The notes under the pieces: generated by a model
The model's database searches: none
What the model saw: the letters and a program-made list of their open reading frames with translations, nothing else
What the model was told of the DNA's origin: nothing
Shown here: in pieces, positions 50,274 to 59,610 of the stretch
Numbering within the stretch: the first letter of the stretch is position 1
Layout of the letters: the number at the start of each line of letters is the position of its first letter
Source of the DNA: an uncultured Bdellovibrio sp.
GTDB taxonomy: Bacteria; Bdellovibrionota; Bdellovibrionia; Bdellovibrionales; Bdellovibrionaceae
Assembly: GCA_963932905.1 (NCBI GenBank)
Contig: CAWVRN010000022.1
Span: forward strand, 11,182 to 75,181
Direction of reading: 5' to 3'
Length of the DNA stretch: 64,000 bases
Made by a program: the position numbers and the translations under genes

Positions 50274-51717
50274 GCGAGGCTCCTTTCTTCTTGTTCTTAA
50301 CTAAGCTATGAGAATATGTTCGCCAAAACAGGGCGGCCACATAGCCGCGCCATGGACGCATCTGTTGAATTATTTCTTTCGGATGCAGATCTAAAGCACG
50401 CGCCAATATCAAATCGGTTTCTGGGAATGTATCTGTGTGACGTAATACTTTAAGTGTCATGTAGTTGGCGGTCCAAGGGCCAATACCCTTAATCGACATA
50501 ACTTGGTTTAAGAATTCGTCTACGTCTTGTGTCGCTTCTAAAGAAATCGTTTTGTTAGTCACTGCTTTAGCAAATTCAACCAAAGTTTGCTTTCGAACGC
50601 GCGTTGTTTTTAATTTTTGTAAATCAGCGGACGCTAGCTCTTTGGGTGTAGGAAATAGTTTTATATTTTTCCCATTTACGATGTAGCCCGATTCCTTGCC
50701 GGCAATTTCAATCAAATCACGCACTAGCTTTTGTCCTTGTTCTACACTGACAAGTTGGCCAAGAATCGATCCCACGGCTGTTTCGAATGGATCCCATCCT
50801 GACGGCAGTCGTATACCCGGATATTTCAAAAGCAATTTTTTAATTTGTGAATTGGTTTCCAACTGATTCGCTATCACAACTGGGTCAGAATTTAAGTCAA
50901 ACAAATGGCGAACTTTGGAAATAATCGCGTGAATCATCGAAGTATCAGGAAAATCAATATTTACTATCAATTGTGAATTTGGTTCGTCATTGGCGATACT
51001 TATTTTTCCCGTTTTACCATTCATCGAAATCAATCGGTGCATTTTATAATCGTCAAACCATTCTAGTTCACCGACGCAATGACGTTTGTAATTAGCCAGC
51101 AATCCGTCAAAATCAAACGGTGGGCGGTAAGGAATCGTCACGCGTAGACCATCATCATCCGATATTTTATTTCGACGAATGAGTCGCGGTGATTTTTTAA
51201 ATCGTTCTTTAAAAGCATCGTTAAATCGTCGGATAGAGCTGAACCCCGCGGCGAATGCGACCTGAGTTATTGGTAGCGAAGTTTCAGTTAATAATTTTCG
51301 TGCTAAGTTTAATCTGTTTTCAAAAGAAATTTGCTTCGGGGTTTTGCCTATCTCGTCTTGGAATAATCGACGCAAGTGCCGCGCTGATACGCCAAATAGC
51401 GATGCAAACTTGTCTTCATCGAAATCCAAAGACTCTTGAGCGTTTAAAACTTTGATGGCGCGTTGAATGACTGCTGATTTGCCAATCCAAGCTGGTGATT
51501 GCGGCGCACTTTCGGGGCGGCAGCGTAGGCAGGGACGATAGCCTGCTTTTTCAGCTTCAAAGTGTGTTGAGTAAAACTCAACATTTTCTTTTTTAGGTTT
51601 GGCAGGACATATCGGTCGACAATAGATGCCGGTGGTTTTGACTCCGACAAAAAACTTTCCATCAAAGCGATGGTCACGTGTTAATAGGGCTTGGTAGTAA
51701 ACATCCCGCTGTTTCAT
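50254..51717 (-). CDS. alkA: Ada metal-binding/AraC regulator fused to AlkA 3-methyladenine glycosylase
   Basis: FFVGVKTTGIYCRPIC, YRPCLRCRPE, AraC HTH, ILGQLVSV, IKGIGPWTA.Y, PWRGY. Confidence 0.92.
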   Translation of the reverse strand: MKQRDVYYQALLTRDHRFDGKFFVGVKTTGIYCRPICPAKPKKENVEFYSTHFEAEKAGYRPCLRCRPESAPQSPAWIGKSAVIQRAIKVLNAQESLDFDEDKFASLFGVSARHLRRLFQDEIGKTPKQISFENRLNLARKLLTETSLPITQVAFAAGFSSIRRFNDAFKERFKKSPRLIRRNKISDDDGLRVTIPYRPPFDFDGLLANYKRHCVGELEWFDDYKMHRLISMNGKTGKISIANDEPNSQLIVNIDFPDTSMIHAIISKVRHLFDLNSDPVVIANQLETNSQIKKLLLKYPGIRLPSGWDPFETAVGSILGQLVSVEQGQKLVRDLIEIAGKESGYIVNGKNIKLFPTPKELASADLQKLKTTRVRKQTLVEFAKAVTNKTISLEATQDVDEFLNQVMSIKGIGPWTANYMTLKVLRHTDTFPETDLILARALDLHPKEIIQQMRPWRGYVAALFWRTYSHSLVKNKKKGASHVSDPN

Positions 51718-51860
51718 GAGGCCAATATAGCGGAAAATGGAATAAAATACTGGCTGTTTTCGGACATTATCGTTCGCGTTAAGAATCGGATGGGTTCTAA
51801 ATTTGTAGTTCCCAGGCTTTCAACCATTAGCTAGGATATAAACGTAGCTGAGGAGTATTT

Positions 51861-52562
51861 ATGAACGGTGATACTGTTTTTCACCAATTATTTGAAGCGG
51901 AATCGTCGACCTACACTTATCTGATCGCGGATAAGAAAACATCGGAAGCTGCGCTTATTGATCCTGTTCTAGAAACTGTGGATCGTGATTTAAAATTAGT
52001 CGCAGAGTTAGGCGTCAAATTGAAATACGTGCTAGATACACATATCCATGCCGATCATATTACAGGTGCCGGTGAAATCAGAAAACGATTAGGAGTCCAA
52101 ACAGGCGTCAGTGAAGACGCCGAAGTGGAATGCGTTGATATCCCCCTACATGATGGCCAAGAGCTGATGTTAGGTCATAAGAAAATTAGAGTTATCGCAA
52201 CGCCCGGGCATACCAACACCTGCTTGAGTTTTAGTTTTGAAAATATGATTTTTACTGGGGACGCTTTGTTAATACGTGGTTGTGGTCGTACCGATTTTCA
52301 ACAAGGCAGTTCCGATAAATTGTTTAATAGCGTTCGCAATATTTTGTTCAAACTTCCGGAAGATACCATTGTTTGCCCGGGCCATGATTACAAAGGCCTG
52401 ACATCATCAACGATCGGTGCCGAGAAAAAATACAATTCACGTTTGAATTTATCGATTGATTTAGACGCGTTCAAAAAAATTATGTCGGAATTAAACTTAG
52501 CGAATCCAAAGAAAATTCATGAAGCTGTGCCGGCTAACATGGCCTGCGGAAAGAAAAGTTAG
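51861..52562 (+). CDS. ETHE1-type persulfide dioxygenase (MBL fold), stand-alone
   Basis: SSTYTYL, DTHIHADHITG, RGCGRTDFQ, AVPANMACG. Confidence 0.92.
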   Translation: MNGDTVFHQLFEAESSTYTYLIADKKTSEAALIDPVLETVDRDLKLVAELGVKLKYVLDTHIHADHITGAGEIRKRLGVQTGVSEDAEVECVDIPLHDGQELMLGHKKIRVIATPGHTNTCLSFSFENMIFTGDALLIRGCGRTDFQQGSSDKLFNSVRNILFKLPEDTIVCPGHDYKGLTSSTIGAEKKYNSRLNLSIDLDAFKKIMSELNLANPKKIHEAVPANMACGKKS

Positions 52563-52753
52563 TATGAATTCTGAAAGGTTAAATACACCGTTAGGTTGCG
52601 TTCATTGGCTAGTCGTGATCTTCAGCCTTTGATTTTTGTTGGGGCATTTTGCGACCATCTTTCTTTGGTGTGTTTTCTGTTCTGTCCTTGTTCGGCTCCG
52701 TTATTGCTTTAACTCCATTGTGGTATTTGTTTAATTTTTTAATGGAGGTCGTC

Positions 52754-53263
52754 ATGCAATTGACTCAAGATCAAAAACAAACTCTTCAAGGGGCCGCGCT
52801 GGTTATTGGGGCTAATTTGATTAGTCGTGGTTTAACTAAAGCTGTTGTTGGAGAGAAAGACAAGGATGAGGAAGTTCAGCGAAATTATGCGAAGTTAGAG
52901 AAGCCTTCTTGGCAGATTCCCGCATGGTTGTTTGGGCCGGCTTGGTTGTCGATTAATCTGGCTCAGGCGTATGGTACCAACAGACTTTGGCATCAGCCTT
53001 CGTCGCCTCGGCGAACTGCGGCTTTGGGGGTGCATGCGTTGACGTGGGCTTTGTTTGTTTCATGGAGTCCGGGGTCGCTGGCACTGAAGAGTCAAATGCG
53101 TAGTGCTGTCTTAACATTCTTAACGACCGCCGCAGCGGGAGCTTGTGTTTATTTCGGTAATAAAGTGGATCGCAAAATTGGGCTAGCGTATGTGCCCATG
53201 ACGATATGGGGACTGTACGCATCGGCCCAGTCTGCTTGGATGGCTCGGCATAACCGAGACTAA
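52754..53263 (+). CDS. tspO: TspO/MBR family protein
   Basis: YAKLEKPSWQIP.WLFGPAW, WS and YVP..IW motifs; GGAGG SD before ATG 52754. Confidence 0.75.
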   Translation: MQLTQDQKQTLQGAALVIGANLISRGLTKAVVGEKDKDEEVQRNYAKLEKPSWQIPAWLFGPAWLSINLAQAYGTNRLWHQPSSPRRTAALGVHALTWALFVSWSPGSLALKSQMRSAVLTFLTTAAAGACVYFGNKVDRKIGLAYVPMTIWGLYASAQSAWMARHNRD

Positions 53264-54501
53264 GCAGGTTTTGTTGTTGGCAAATTTATTTTTTGATTGA
53301 TTAGGTACATGGCCACCGATGTTGCGATCGTCGTGACTACCATGATGTAACCGAGCGTATCGAAGTGCTCTAAAAATCCATCCGTGCCTTCCACAACAAT
53401 CAGTCCGGCAACTAACGACGCGACTCCGCCCGATAACTGTTGAAGTGAAGCACTGATTGCCATAAAGGCACCGCGATTTTCAGGTGTCGGGATTGCCGAC
53501 ATCAAGGCTTGCGATGGTATCATACGCGAAAAAATTCCGATAAACATAACTGTGTTCACGGCAACGACCGCATAGATCGGTGTAATTCCCAAGTTAGTGT
53601 AGATCACTACCATGATGGCACTTAGTATCGATCCAAACATAAATACTTTTAATTTTCCAAACACGTCGGCGGCTTTGCCAACCAGTGGTCCAACGAATAT
53701 TGATGCTAAACCTGTAAATAAATAGATCGATGGTAAACTTTCAATATGTATACCTAGGTTGTGAACCGTGTAAGCACTACCAAATGGCATCAGCATATAG
53801 CCACCTAAGCTCAGTAGACCAGTCGTAAAGAACGGTAACAAGTAGTCCGTATTTTTAAGCGTCGTAATCAAGTGATGAAAGGCATTGCGATCAGATTTAA
53901 CCGTTAAGTGCGCATTGACTGGTTTCAAATAGGTGAAAATAACTACGCCAACGATAATACTAACGATGACGATCATGATAAATGGTGAATGCCATCCCCA
54001 GTGATTCGAAAAAAACAATCCAGCCGGGATTCCTAAAATCTGACTAGCTGCAAACGCTGTTTGTAAATAGCCCATCACGCGTCCACGCATTTGAAACGGG
54101 AATATATCGGTAGCAATAGCCATAACAACAGATCCAATTACGCCGCCAAATATACCAGTGACGATACGTGCTCCTAGTAGGAAAGCGTAGTTGGGCGCAA
54201 GACCACAAAATAAAGTTCCCAGAACGAATCCCGCATAAAAGAACAGGAGTAGTTTTTTTCTATCGTAGCGATCGGCAAAACCAGCAGATAGAAATCCTGA
54301 CACCCCTGCGCTTAATGCGTAGGCTGACACGACCGTACCAAATTGTGCAGGGGAAATTTTTAGTGCAGGCATTAGGATCGCGCCCAGTGGGGACATGATC
54401 ATAAAATCTAAAATGATCGTAAATTGTAGAAACGCTAAAATAGCGACTACAAATTTTTGATAGCCTGTGAATTCATGTTGCGTAGTTTGTGCTTTTTGCA
54501 T
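53260..54501 (-). CDS. MFS transporter
   Basis: About 12 TMs; ADRYDRKK motif A; RGRVMG. Confidence 0.92.
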   Translation of the reverse strand: MQKAQTTQHEFTGYQKFVVAILAFLQFTIILDFMIMSPLGAILMPALKISPAQFGTVVSAYALSAGVSGFLSAGFADRYDRKKLLLFFYAGFVLGTLFCGLAPNYAFLLGARIVTGIFGGVIGSVVMAIATDIFPFQMRGRVMGYLQTAFAASQILGIPAGLFFSNHWGWHSPFIMIVIVSIIVGVVIFTYLKPVNAHLTVKSDRNAFHHLITTLKNTDYLLPFFTTGLLSLGGYMLMPFGSAYTVHNLGIHIESLPSIYLFTGLASIFVGPLVGKAADVFGKLKVFMFGSILSAIMVVIYTNLGITPIYAVVAVNTVMFIGIFSRMIPSQALMSAIPTPENRGAFMAISASLQQLSGGVASLVAGLIVVEGTDGFLEHFDTLGYIMVVTTIATSVAMYLINQKINLPTTKPA

Positions 54502-54667
54502 GAAGAGCCTTCTTAAGATGGGTATTGAATATTTATATCATGCGCTTTGTTTTGACGACAAAAGCTTTGTGTCTATACCTGCGAAAGGCCAGAAGTTTAG
54601 ATTTCTGTAGCCTTTAGCCAAGCGGCAAGAGTCACCACACACTTACATAATCAGATAAATAGGTAAA

Positions 54668-55423
54668 CTAAGGAATATACCAACAGCTTGGACGTTCTTT
54701 TCCCAATATCCCGTTCATCATCGTATCTAATCGACATTGTGATGACGGGTAGTAATAAGGGTCCTTATTTACTTTAGTTGCCATCGAGGTATCATGTTTA
54801 TCAAATTCTGTATTGGGATCATCAGGACTTAATTTAAAAAATGTGCGTTCTGCCTGCAAAGTCTGAAAAGCGCGCGTGCAAAATTCATAAGATGAGGCAG
54901 GCAGAGTTTTGCATTGGCTATCCGTATAGGCGTTCATTGGTTTAACCGGTTCATTCGTCGGCAAGCGTTTGAAAATTCTTGGTAAGCAATATCGGAAAGC
55001 AAAATAGTCGGCTTGGCCTTCAACGGAAACATTAGTTTCTTCGTGTTCGTAATTTTTAAAGGGAGCGCCCCCAAGACCGTGACCCAGCTCATGGCAAAGG
55101 GTTGCGGCGACTCCGTCGCGGGTCATGCCTTTCATTCGCGCATAACCGCCCATCAAAAATAAATAGTGCTGCTGAACGTTTGTATCACTATCAACCATCG
55201 ATGAATACGCAGCTCTGATTTCATCTAACTTCCACCAAAATCCGACCATTTGCGGGTTTGAAGCTGGGTTTACAACGATACTTTGGTTTTTAGCTTTCAG
55301 TTCGGTGTCATATTCCGCATGAAATGCACGCACCACCAATTCAAAGTCGGCTTCAGAAATTTGCGCGAAAGATCTAGATTCTGAAAGTAAAATAAACAGA
55401 ACAAGTAAGGTATTTTTGATCAT
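54668..55423 (-). CDS. Secreted zincin-like (HExxH) protein
   Basis: Signal peptide; LCHELGHGLGGAP and EGQADYFA. Confidence 0.75.
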   Translation of the reverse strand: MIKNTLLVLFILLSESRSFAQISEADFELVVRAFHAEYDTELKAKNQSIVVNPASNPQMVGFWWKLDEIRAAYSSMVDSDTNVQQHYLFLMGGYARMKGMTRDGVAATLCHELGHGLGGAPFKNYEHEETNVSVEGQADYFAFRYCLPRIFKRLPTNEPVKPMNAYTDSQCKTLPASSYEFCTRAFQTLQAERTFFKLSPDDPNTEFDKHDTSMATKVNKDPYYYPSSQCRLDTMMNGILGKERPSCWYIP

Positions 55424-55637
55424 GACAGCTGTCTACTCGCAGGCCATTCCTTGGGTCAAGGCGTATGTTGGGCGGCAGGGATTTTTGGAACATGGCTCAG
55501 GCAATATTTCCTTTGAATTCTATAGCTAAAACTCCAAATCAAATTGGCTGCGTTTGAACATGGAAATAAACGGAATAGAATTTGAGATAACACGGTATGA
55601 ACGTCAACGCAGGTTTCGCACCTGGATTGGATTTAAT

Positions 55638-55766
55638 ATGGAAAAAATGAAAGCAGTTGTCGATGATGTGAATGGACGAGTGGCGGTGCCGATACTACTA
55701 TACTTAATGGGCGTTCCGGGAATCATAGTCTTACTGTTATGGGCTTTCTTTTTCAGAGGTAAATAG
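55638..55766 (+). CDS. Small membrane peptide
   Basis: PILLYLMGVPGIIVLLLWAFF hydrophobic segment; start uncertain. Confidence 0.5.
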   Translation: MEKMKAVVDDVNGRVAVPILLYLMGVPGIIVLLLWAFFFRGK

Positions 55767-55771
55767 TTTAG

Positions 55772-56146
55772 TTAGATTCCAACAGCCAGAGTGCGGCGGC
55801 AATTGAAACAATAAACGGAAATTTTATTTTCTTTTGCTGTTATTAATTTTTCTTTTAAATCGTCCTGACATTGTGGGCATTTAATTCCCGACATATCAAA
55901 AGAATAGACTTTGTTGTACTGCCTTATAGCGGCTACAACCGATGCAATTAACAGTGCAGGGACTAATACAAAATGAAATACAGGCACCAAGATGGAAACG
56001 ACGGCTGCGCCCAGGACGATCCCAAAGGTTTTCATCGCTTTCCTAAAACGTTCCGGCTGAGATAGATGTACGACAGGAATAGCCGTATCGTAGATAGTAC
56101 CGTCATCGAGTTTAATATAAGGCATACTCGTTTTTCTCACTGCCAT
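55772..56146 (-). CDS. Membrane protein with a C-terminal zinc ribbon
   Basis: VPVFHFVLVP TM pair; CPQC...CFNC. Confidence 0.7.
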   Translation of the reverse strand: MAVRKTSMPYIKLDDGTIYDTAIPVVHLSQPERFRKAMKTFGIVLGAAVVSILVPVFHFVLVPALLIASVVAAIRQYNKVYSFDMSGIKCPQCQDDLKEKLITAKENKISVYCFNCRRTLAVGI

Positions 56147-56194
56147 AATGGCAAATCAAGTGAAACTTAACTTAAGATATGTTTTGATAGATGG

Positions 56195-57310
56195 ATGACA
56201 CGTTTATTTGTAATCCTATTTTTGTTTTTAAGTTATTCCGTTTATAAGACTATCCAATTGGTTCCCGATCACCCCTTTGTCATGACTTTGATTTGTGTTT
56301 TACTTTTTGGATCAGTAGTTGGTTCGATGATGGCCAGTCGCCGGTATCCTGATTCATTTAAAAGTCCATGGTTTAAATTTGTCACGTGGGTTGGTACCAG
56401 CTTTATAGGTTTTTGGGGTACATTCAGTTTGATTTCAATTCCTATAGATTTAGTCGATTTTGTTTATTCATTATTTAATGGCGGAAATAGTTTTCGTACT
56501 CCAATCTTCCACGGGTCCGTCTTGTTGGTGGCGTTGTCTATGGTGTTCATTGGATATTTAACGGTTTTATTTGGGCCAAAGGTTGTCGAGGTGGATGTTA
56601 ATGATTCACGTCTGCCGGACAGTTTTAGAAATTTTAAAATTGCTCAGATTAGCGATTTGCACATTGGTCCGACGGTGCAAACTCGTTACGTCAATCGCGT
56701 CGTTGAAAAAACAAATGCTTTAGAACCCGATTTAATAGTGATCACTGGTGATTTGGTAGATGCTCATACTGAATCAATCAAAGATCATTTACAACCATTG
56801 GCCAATTTAAAATCAAGGTATGGAGTTTTCTATGTTACGGGAAATCATGAATACTATTGGGGTGTAAAAACATTGTTGCCAGAGTTAGAAAAAGTGGGAA
56901 TGAAAGTGTTGATGAATCAAAACAAAGTGATCGACGTGAACGGATCTAAGTTACTGGTAGCCGGTATTCCAGATCCAGCGGGAAGCCAAGTTTCGGAATG
57001 GCATCAGCCCAATATTGCTCAAGCAAAGCGCACGGATGGAAAAACCGATTATAATATTCTGTTGGCTCACCGCCCAGATCCCTACAGATGGGCTGAAGAT
57101 CAAGGTTTTCATTTGCAGTTTTCGGGACACACGCATGCGGGCCAGTTTTTTCCGTTTAGTTTGTTTATTCCTCTTGCCCATAAATATTATCGCGGTTTAA
57201 ATCGTCATGGTAATTTATGGTTGTACGTAAATCCTGGCACTGGCTATTGGGGCCCGGCCAATCGATTTGGTATTGCATCGGAAATCACGCTCGCTAAACT
57301 AGTTAAATAG
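56195..57310 (+). CDS. Membrane-anchored metallophosphoesterase
   Basis: SDLH, TGDLVD, GNHE, LLAHRP, SGHTHAGQ. Confidence 0.92.
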   Translation: MTRLFVILFLFLSYSVYKTIQLVPDHPFVMTLICVLLFGSVVGSMMASRRYPDSFKSPWFKFVTWVGTSFIGFWGTFSLISIPIDLVDFVYSLFNGGNSFRTPIFHGSVLLVALSMVFIGYLTVLFGPKVVEVDVNDSRLPDSFRNFKIAQISDLHIGPTVQTRYVNRVVEKTNALEPDLIVITGDLVDAHTESIKDHLQPLANLKSRYGVFYVTGNHEYYWGVKTLLPELEKVGMKVLMNQNKVIDVNGSKLLVAGIPDPAGSQVSEWHQPNIAQAKRTDGKTDYNILLAHRPDPYRWAEDQGFHLQFSGHTHAGQFFPFSLFIPLAHKYYRGLNRHGNLWLYVNPGTGYWGPANRFGIASEITLAKLVK

Positions 57311-57320
57311 GCAGGAAAAA

Positions 57321-57704
57321 ATGGCAATGAAACCGCAACAAGATTCACAGCAGATGACTTTTGGTGAACGACTAGCCGATAAAATTGCAGCGGTGGGGGG
57401 TAGTTGGACATTTATTATTTGTTTCTGTTTAGTGTTAGTGGCTTGGATCACGCTGAATGAATGTGGTGCTTTGGAAAAACCGTTCGATCCATATCCCTAT
57501 ATATTGTTGAATTTAGCATTATCTTGCTTGGCCGCCTTGCAAGCGCCAGTCATCATGATGAGCCAAAATCGCCAATCAAAAAAAGATCGTGCCCAAGCCT
57601 TGGCCGACTACGAAACAAATGTTGAGGCCGAAAAAGAGATAAGAACATTGCATGCAAAAATCGATCAGCTAATGAAAATGGTAAAAACCAAAGATGATTT
57701 ATAG
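57321..57704 (+). CDS. DUF1003 family membrane protein
   Basis: GERLAD.IA..GGSWTFI, FDPYPYILLNL, QAPVIMMSQNRQ. Confidence 0.92.
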   Translation: MAMKPQQDSQQMTFGERLADKIAAVGGSWTFIICFCLVLVAWITLNECGALEKPFDPYPYILLNLALSCLAALQAPVIMMSQNRQSKKDRAQALADYETNVEAEKEIRTLHAKIDQLMKMVKTKDDL

Positions 57705-58572
57705 GTTTGTTTTTTTCGCAGTTGTTCTGTGTTTAACTACGGGTTGTTTTTCAATGTTGATCCGAAAAGGTGAATCTGAAACAGAAGCCTATTGGACAAA
57801 ATTAAAAGAACAAAATAATAAATTGGCTGCGGTGGATAGCAAACAAGCCTTGGATAAATCGGTCGAGCAATGCGGACAGAAACCAACAAAATATATTCAA
57901 CGGTTGTGTTATGCTCATCTTTTTGCGAATAACAAAGATAAAAAAGTTTGCAAAGAGTTGTCGGAAAACCCGATTGGCCAATATTCATGTTATTTTGAAA
58001 TTATAAAAGACCAACGTTTAAAACGCTCGGATCTGAAAACATTCTGTCCAGATTCTATGTGCCGCGCCGTTTTTGCTTATCGACACTATGGTACCGATGG
58101 AGCCCAGGCCGATCTATTGCCGTATCGTGAACAAGCCCGATTGATAGAAAATGAAACCTCCTATCAATTGCCGCTGGCGTCAACGCCGCCCGCACGTGGC
58201 CTTGATTTCAGCGAAGTGTTACATGCCGAACTTCGCACCAATCGTGCATTAGGAATCGGTTATGATTTAAATTTTAGAAATGAAGGCAAAGAAATACCCG
58301 GCTTCGGTATCGGACTCTATAATTTGGCAGAAAAAATTTTTTCTATTGATGTCGTCATATCTGGCGTGCAAAAACCAGTATCCGTGAGACTTGCATTAGG
58401 TGCTGAATTTAAAGATAACTATGATACTCGTTACCATCTATTGTATTCACTTGGTCTTGGATCAAAAGTGGCAGGTATGGGACCCTTAATTGAAATCAGT
58501 AGTGATTTTAAAAAAGACCACCAGTTTGTTTTAGGATTCACAATTCTATTTCAAGTTCCAAGGATGAATTAA
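57694..58572 (+). CDS. Hypothetical lipoprotein
   Basis: Lipobox-like TTGC; Cys-rich N half, beta-strand-like C half. Confidence 0.65.
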   Translation: MIYRFVFFAVVLCLTTGCFSMLIRKGESETEAYWTKLKEQNNKLAAVDSKQALDKSVEQCGQKPTKYIQRLCYAHLFANNKDKKVCKELSENPIGQYSCYFEIIKDQRLKRSDLKTFCPDSMCRAVFAYRHYGTDGAQADLLPYREQARLIENETSYQLPLASTPPARGLDFSEVLHAELRTNRALGIGYDLNFRNEGKEIPGFGIGLYNLAEKIFSIDVVISGVQKPVSVRLALGAEFKDNYDTRYHLLYSLGLGSKVAGMGPLIEISSDFKKDHQFVLGFTILFQVPRMN

Positions 58573-58573
58573 A

Positions 58574-59131
58574 ATGGAAACGATAATTAAAAAAGATCAA
58601 TTTCGTGAAATGCCGTGGAAGAATGGCCTTGGTGTAACTCAGGAAATAGATATTTTTCCTTCGCATTCTGATTTTACCAAAGGCGATTTTCACTGGCGAG
58701 TCAGCAGTGCCGTTATTAAGACAGCTAATACATTTTCGCTATTCCCCGGATATGATCGATTGCTGACAATTATAAGCGGCGATGGACTTAAACTGAACCA
58801 AGTGATTTTAGCACCATTAGAGGTGTATGCTTTTTCTGGTGAAGAAAAAATAGAATGTACGTTAGCAGGTGCACCTGTTGTTGATTTAGGAATTATGTAT
58901 AAGCGGGATCTTTATCGATGCGATATGCAGATCCTGACGGTGACTCAGAACTCAAAAGTATTTTTTGGTGATGGGGTTCACTATATCAAGAGTATTGCGA
59001 ATGAAATTCAGATAAATGGCACAATACTTTCTGGCGAAGAAGTTTTAAAGGTCGAAGGCAGCGAAATCGTGGAAATCGATACGGCTGGCCAATCCAAAAA
59101 GCTTTTAAAAATATCGCTGTATTTAAAATGA
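58574..59131 (+). CDS. HutD/Ves family protein
   Basis: MPWKNGLGVTQEI, F.WRVSSA, FSLFPGYDR. Confidence 0.88.
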   Translation: METIIKKDQFREMPWKNGLGVTQEIDIFPSHSDFTKGDFHWRVSSAVIKTANTFSLFPGYDRLLTIISGDGLKLNQVILAPLEVYAFSGEEKIECTLAGAPVVDLGIMYKRDLYRCDMQILTVTQNSKVFFGDGVHYIKSIANEIQINGTILSGEEVLKVEGSEIVEIDTAGQSKKLLKISLYLK

Positions 59132-59134
59132 AAA

Positions 59135-59605
59135 CTAATGGTGATGTGGTTTACGTTGTTCGCAAAGGGAAACTATTTTGGCCATCGTAGGCAAAAATTT
59201 GCGATCCAGCAGTTCAGATCGGATAAACCACAATGTCGTTAGGCGGTCGTGGTTGTTGAGTTCACAAAAATTATTATCGATATAGCAATCGACATGCGAA
59301 GCTACGGCAATCGGCGCGACGCTTTCACAAGTTAGATTATTTTGGCTAGCTAATCTGTTGACCAGGCAATTGCGAATGCGTTCGAATATGGGCCGTCCCG
59401 CTTTAGTATACGACTGCTCTTTGTTGATGAATAAACGGCAATACTTGTAACCAAAACTTTTCAAATAGTTGCTAGCACTGCAGTTAAGCTCATCACTTTT
59501 TTGGCAATAAAATGAACACACCGAGGTGTCATTAACACACTCGGTAGCTTTATTAGTCAGACTAAACAATAACAGGGCGAAAAGAACGAATTTCGTAAGA
59601 TTCAC
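59135..59605 (-). CDS. Secreted Cys-rich protein, stanniocalcin-like pattern
   Basis: Signal peptide; CSFYC, YL..FGYKYC..F, RNCL, SHVDCY...FCEL. Confidence 0.6.
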   Translation of the reverse strand: MNLTKFVLFALLLFSLTNKATECVNDTSVCSFYCQKSDELNCSASNYLKSFGYKYCRLFINKEQSYTKAGRPIFERIRNCLVNRLASQNNLTCESVAPIAVASHVDCYIDNNFCELNNHDRLTTLWFIRSELLDRKFLPTMAKIVSLCEQRKPHHH

Positions 59606-59610
59606 AGTAT

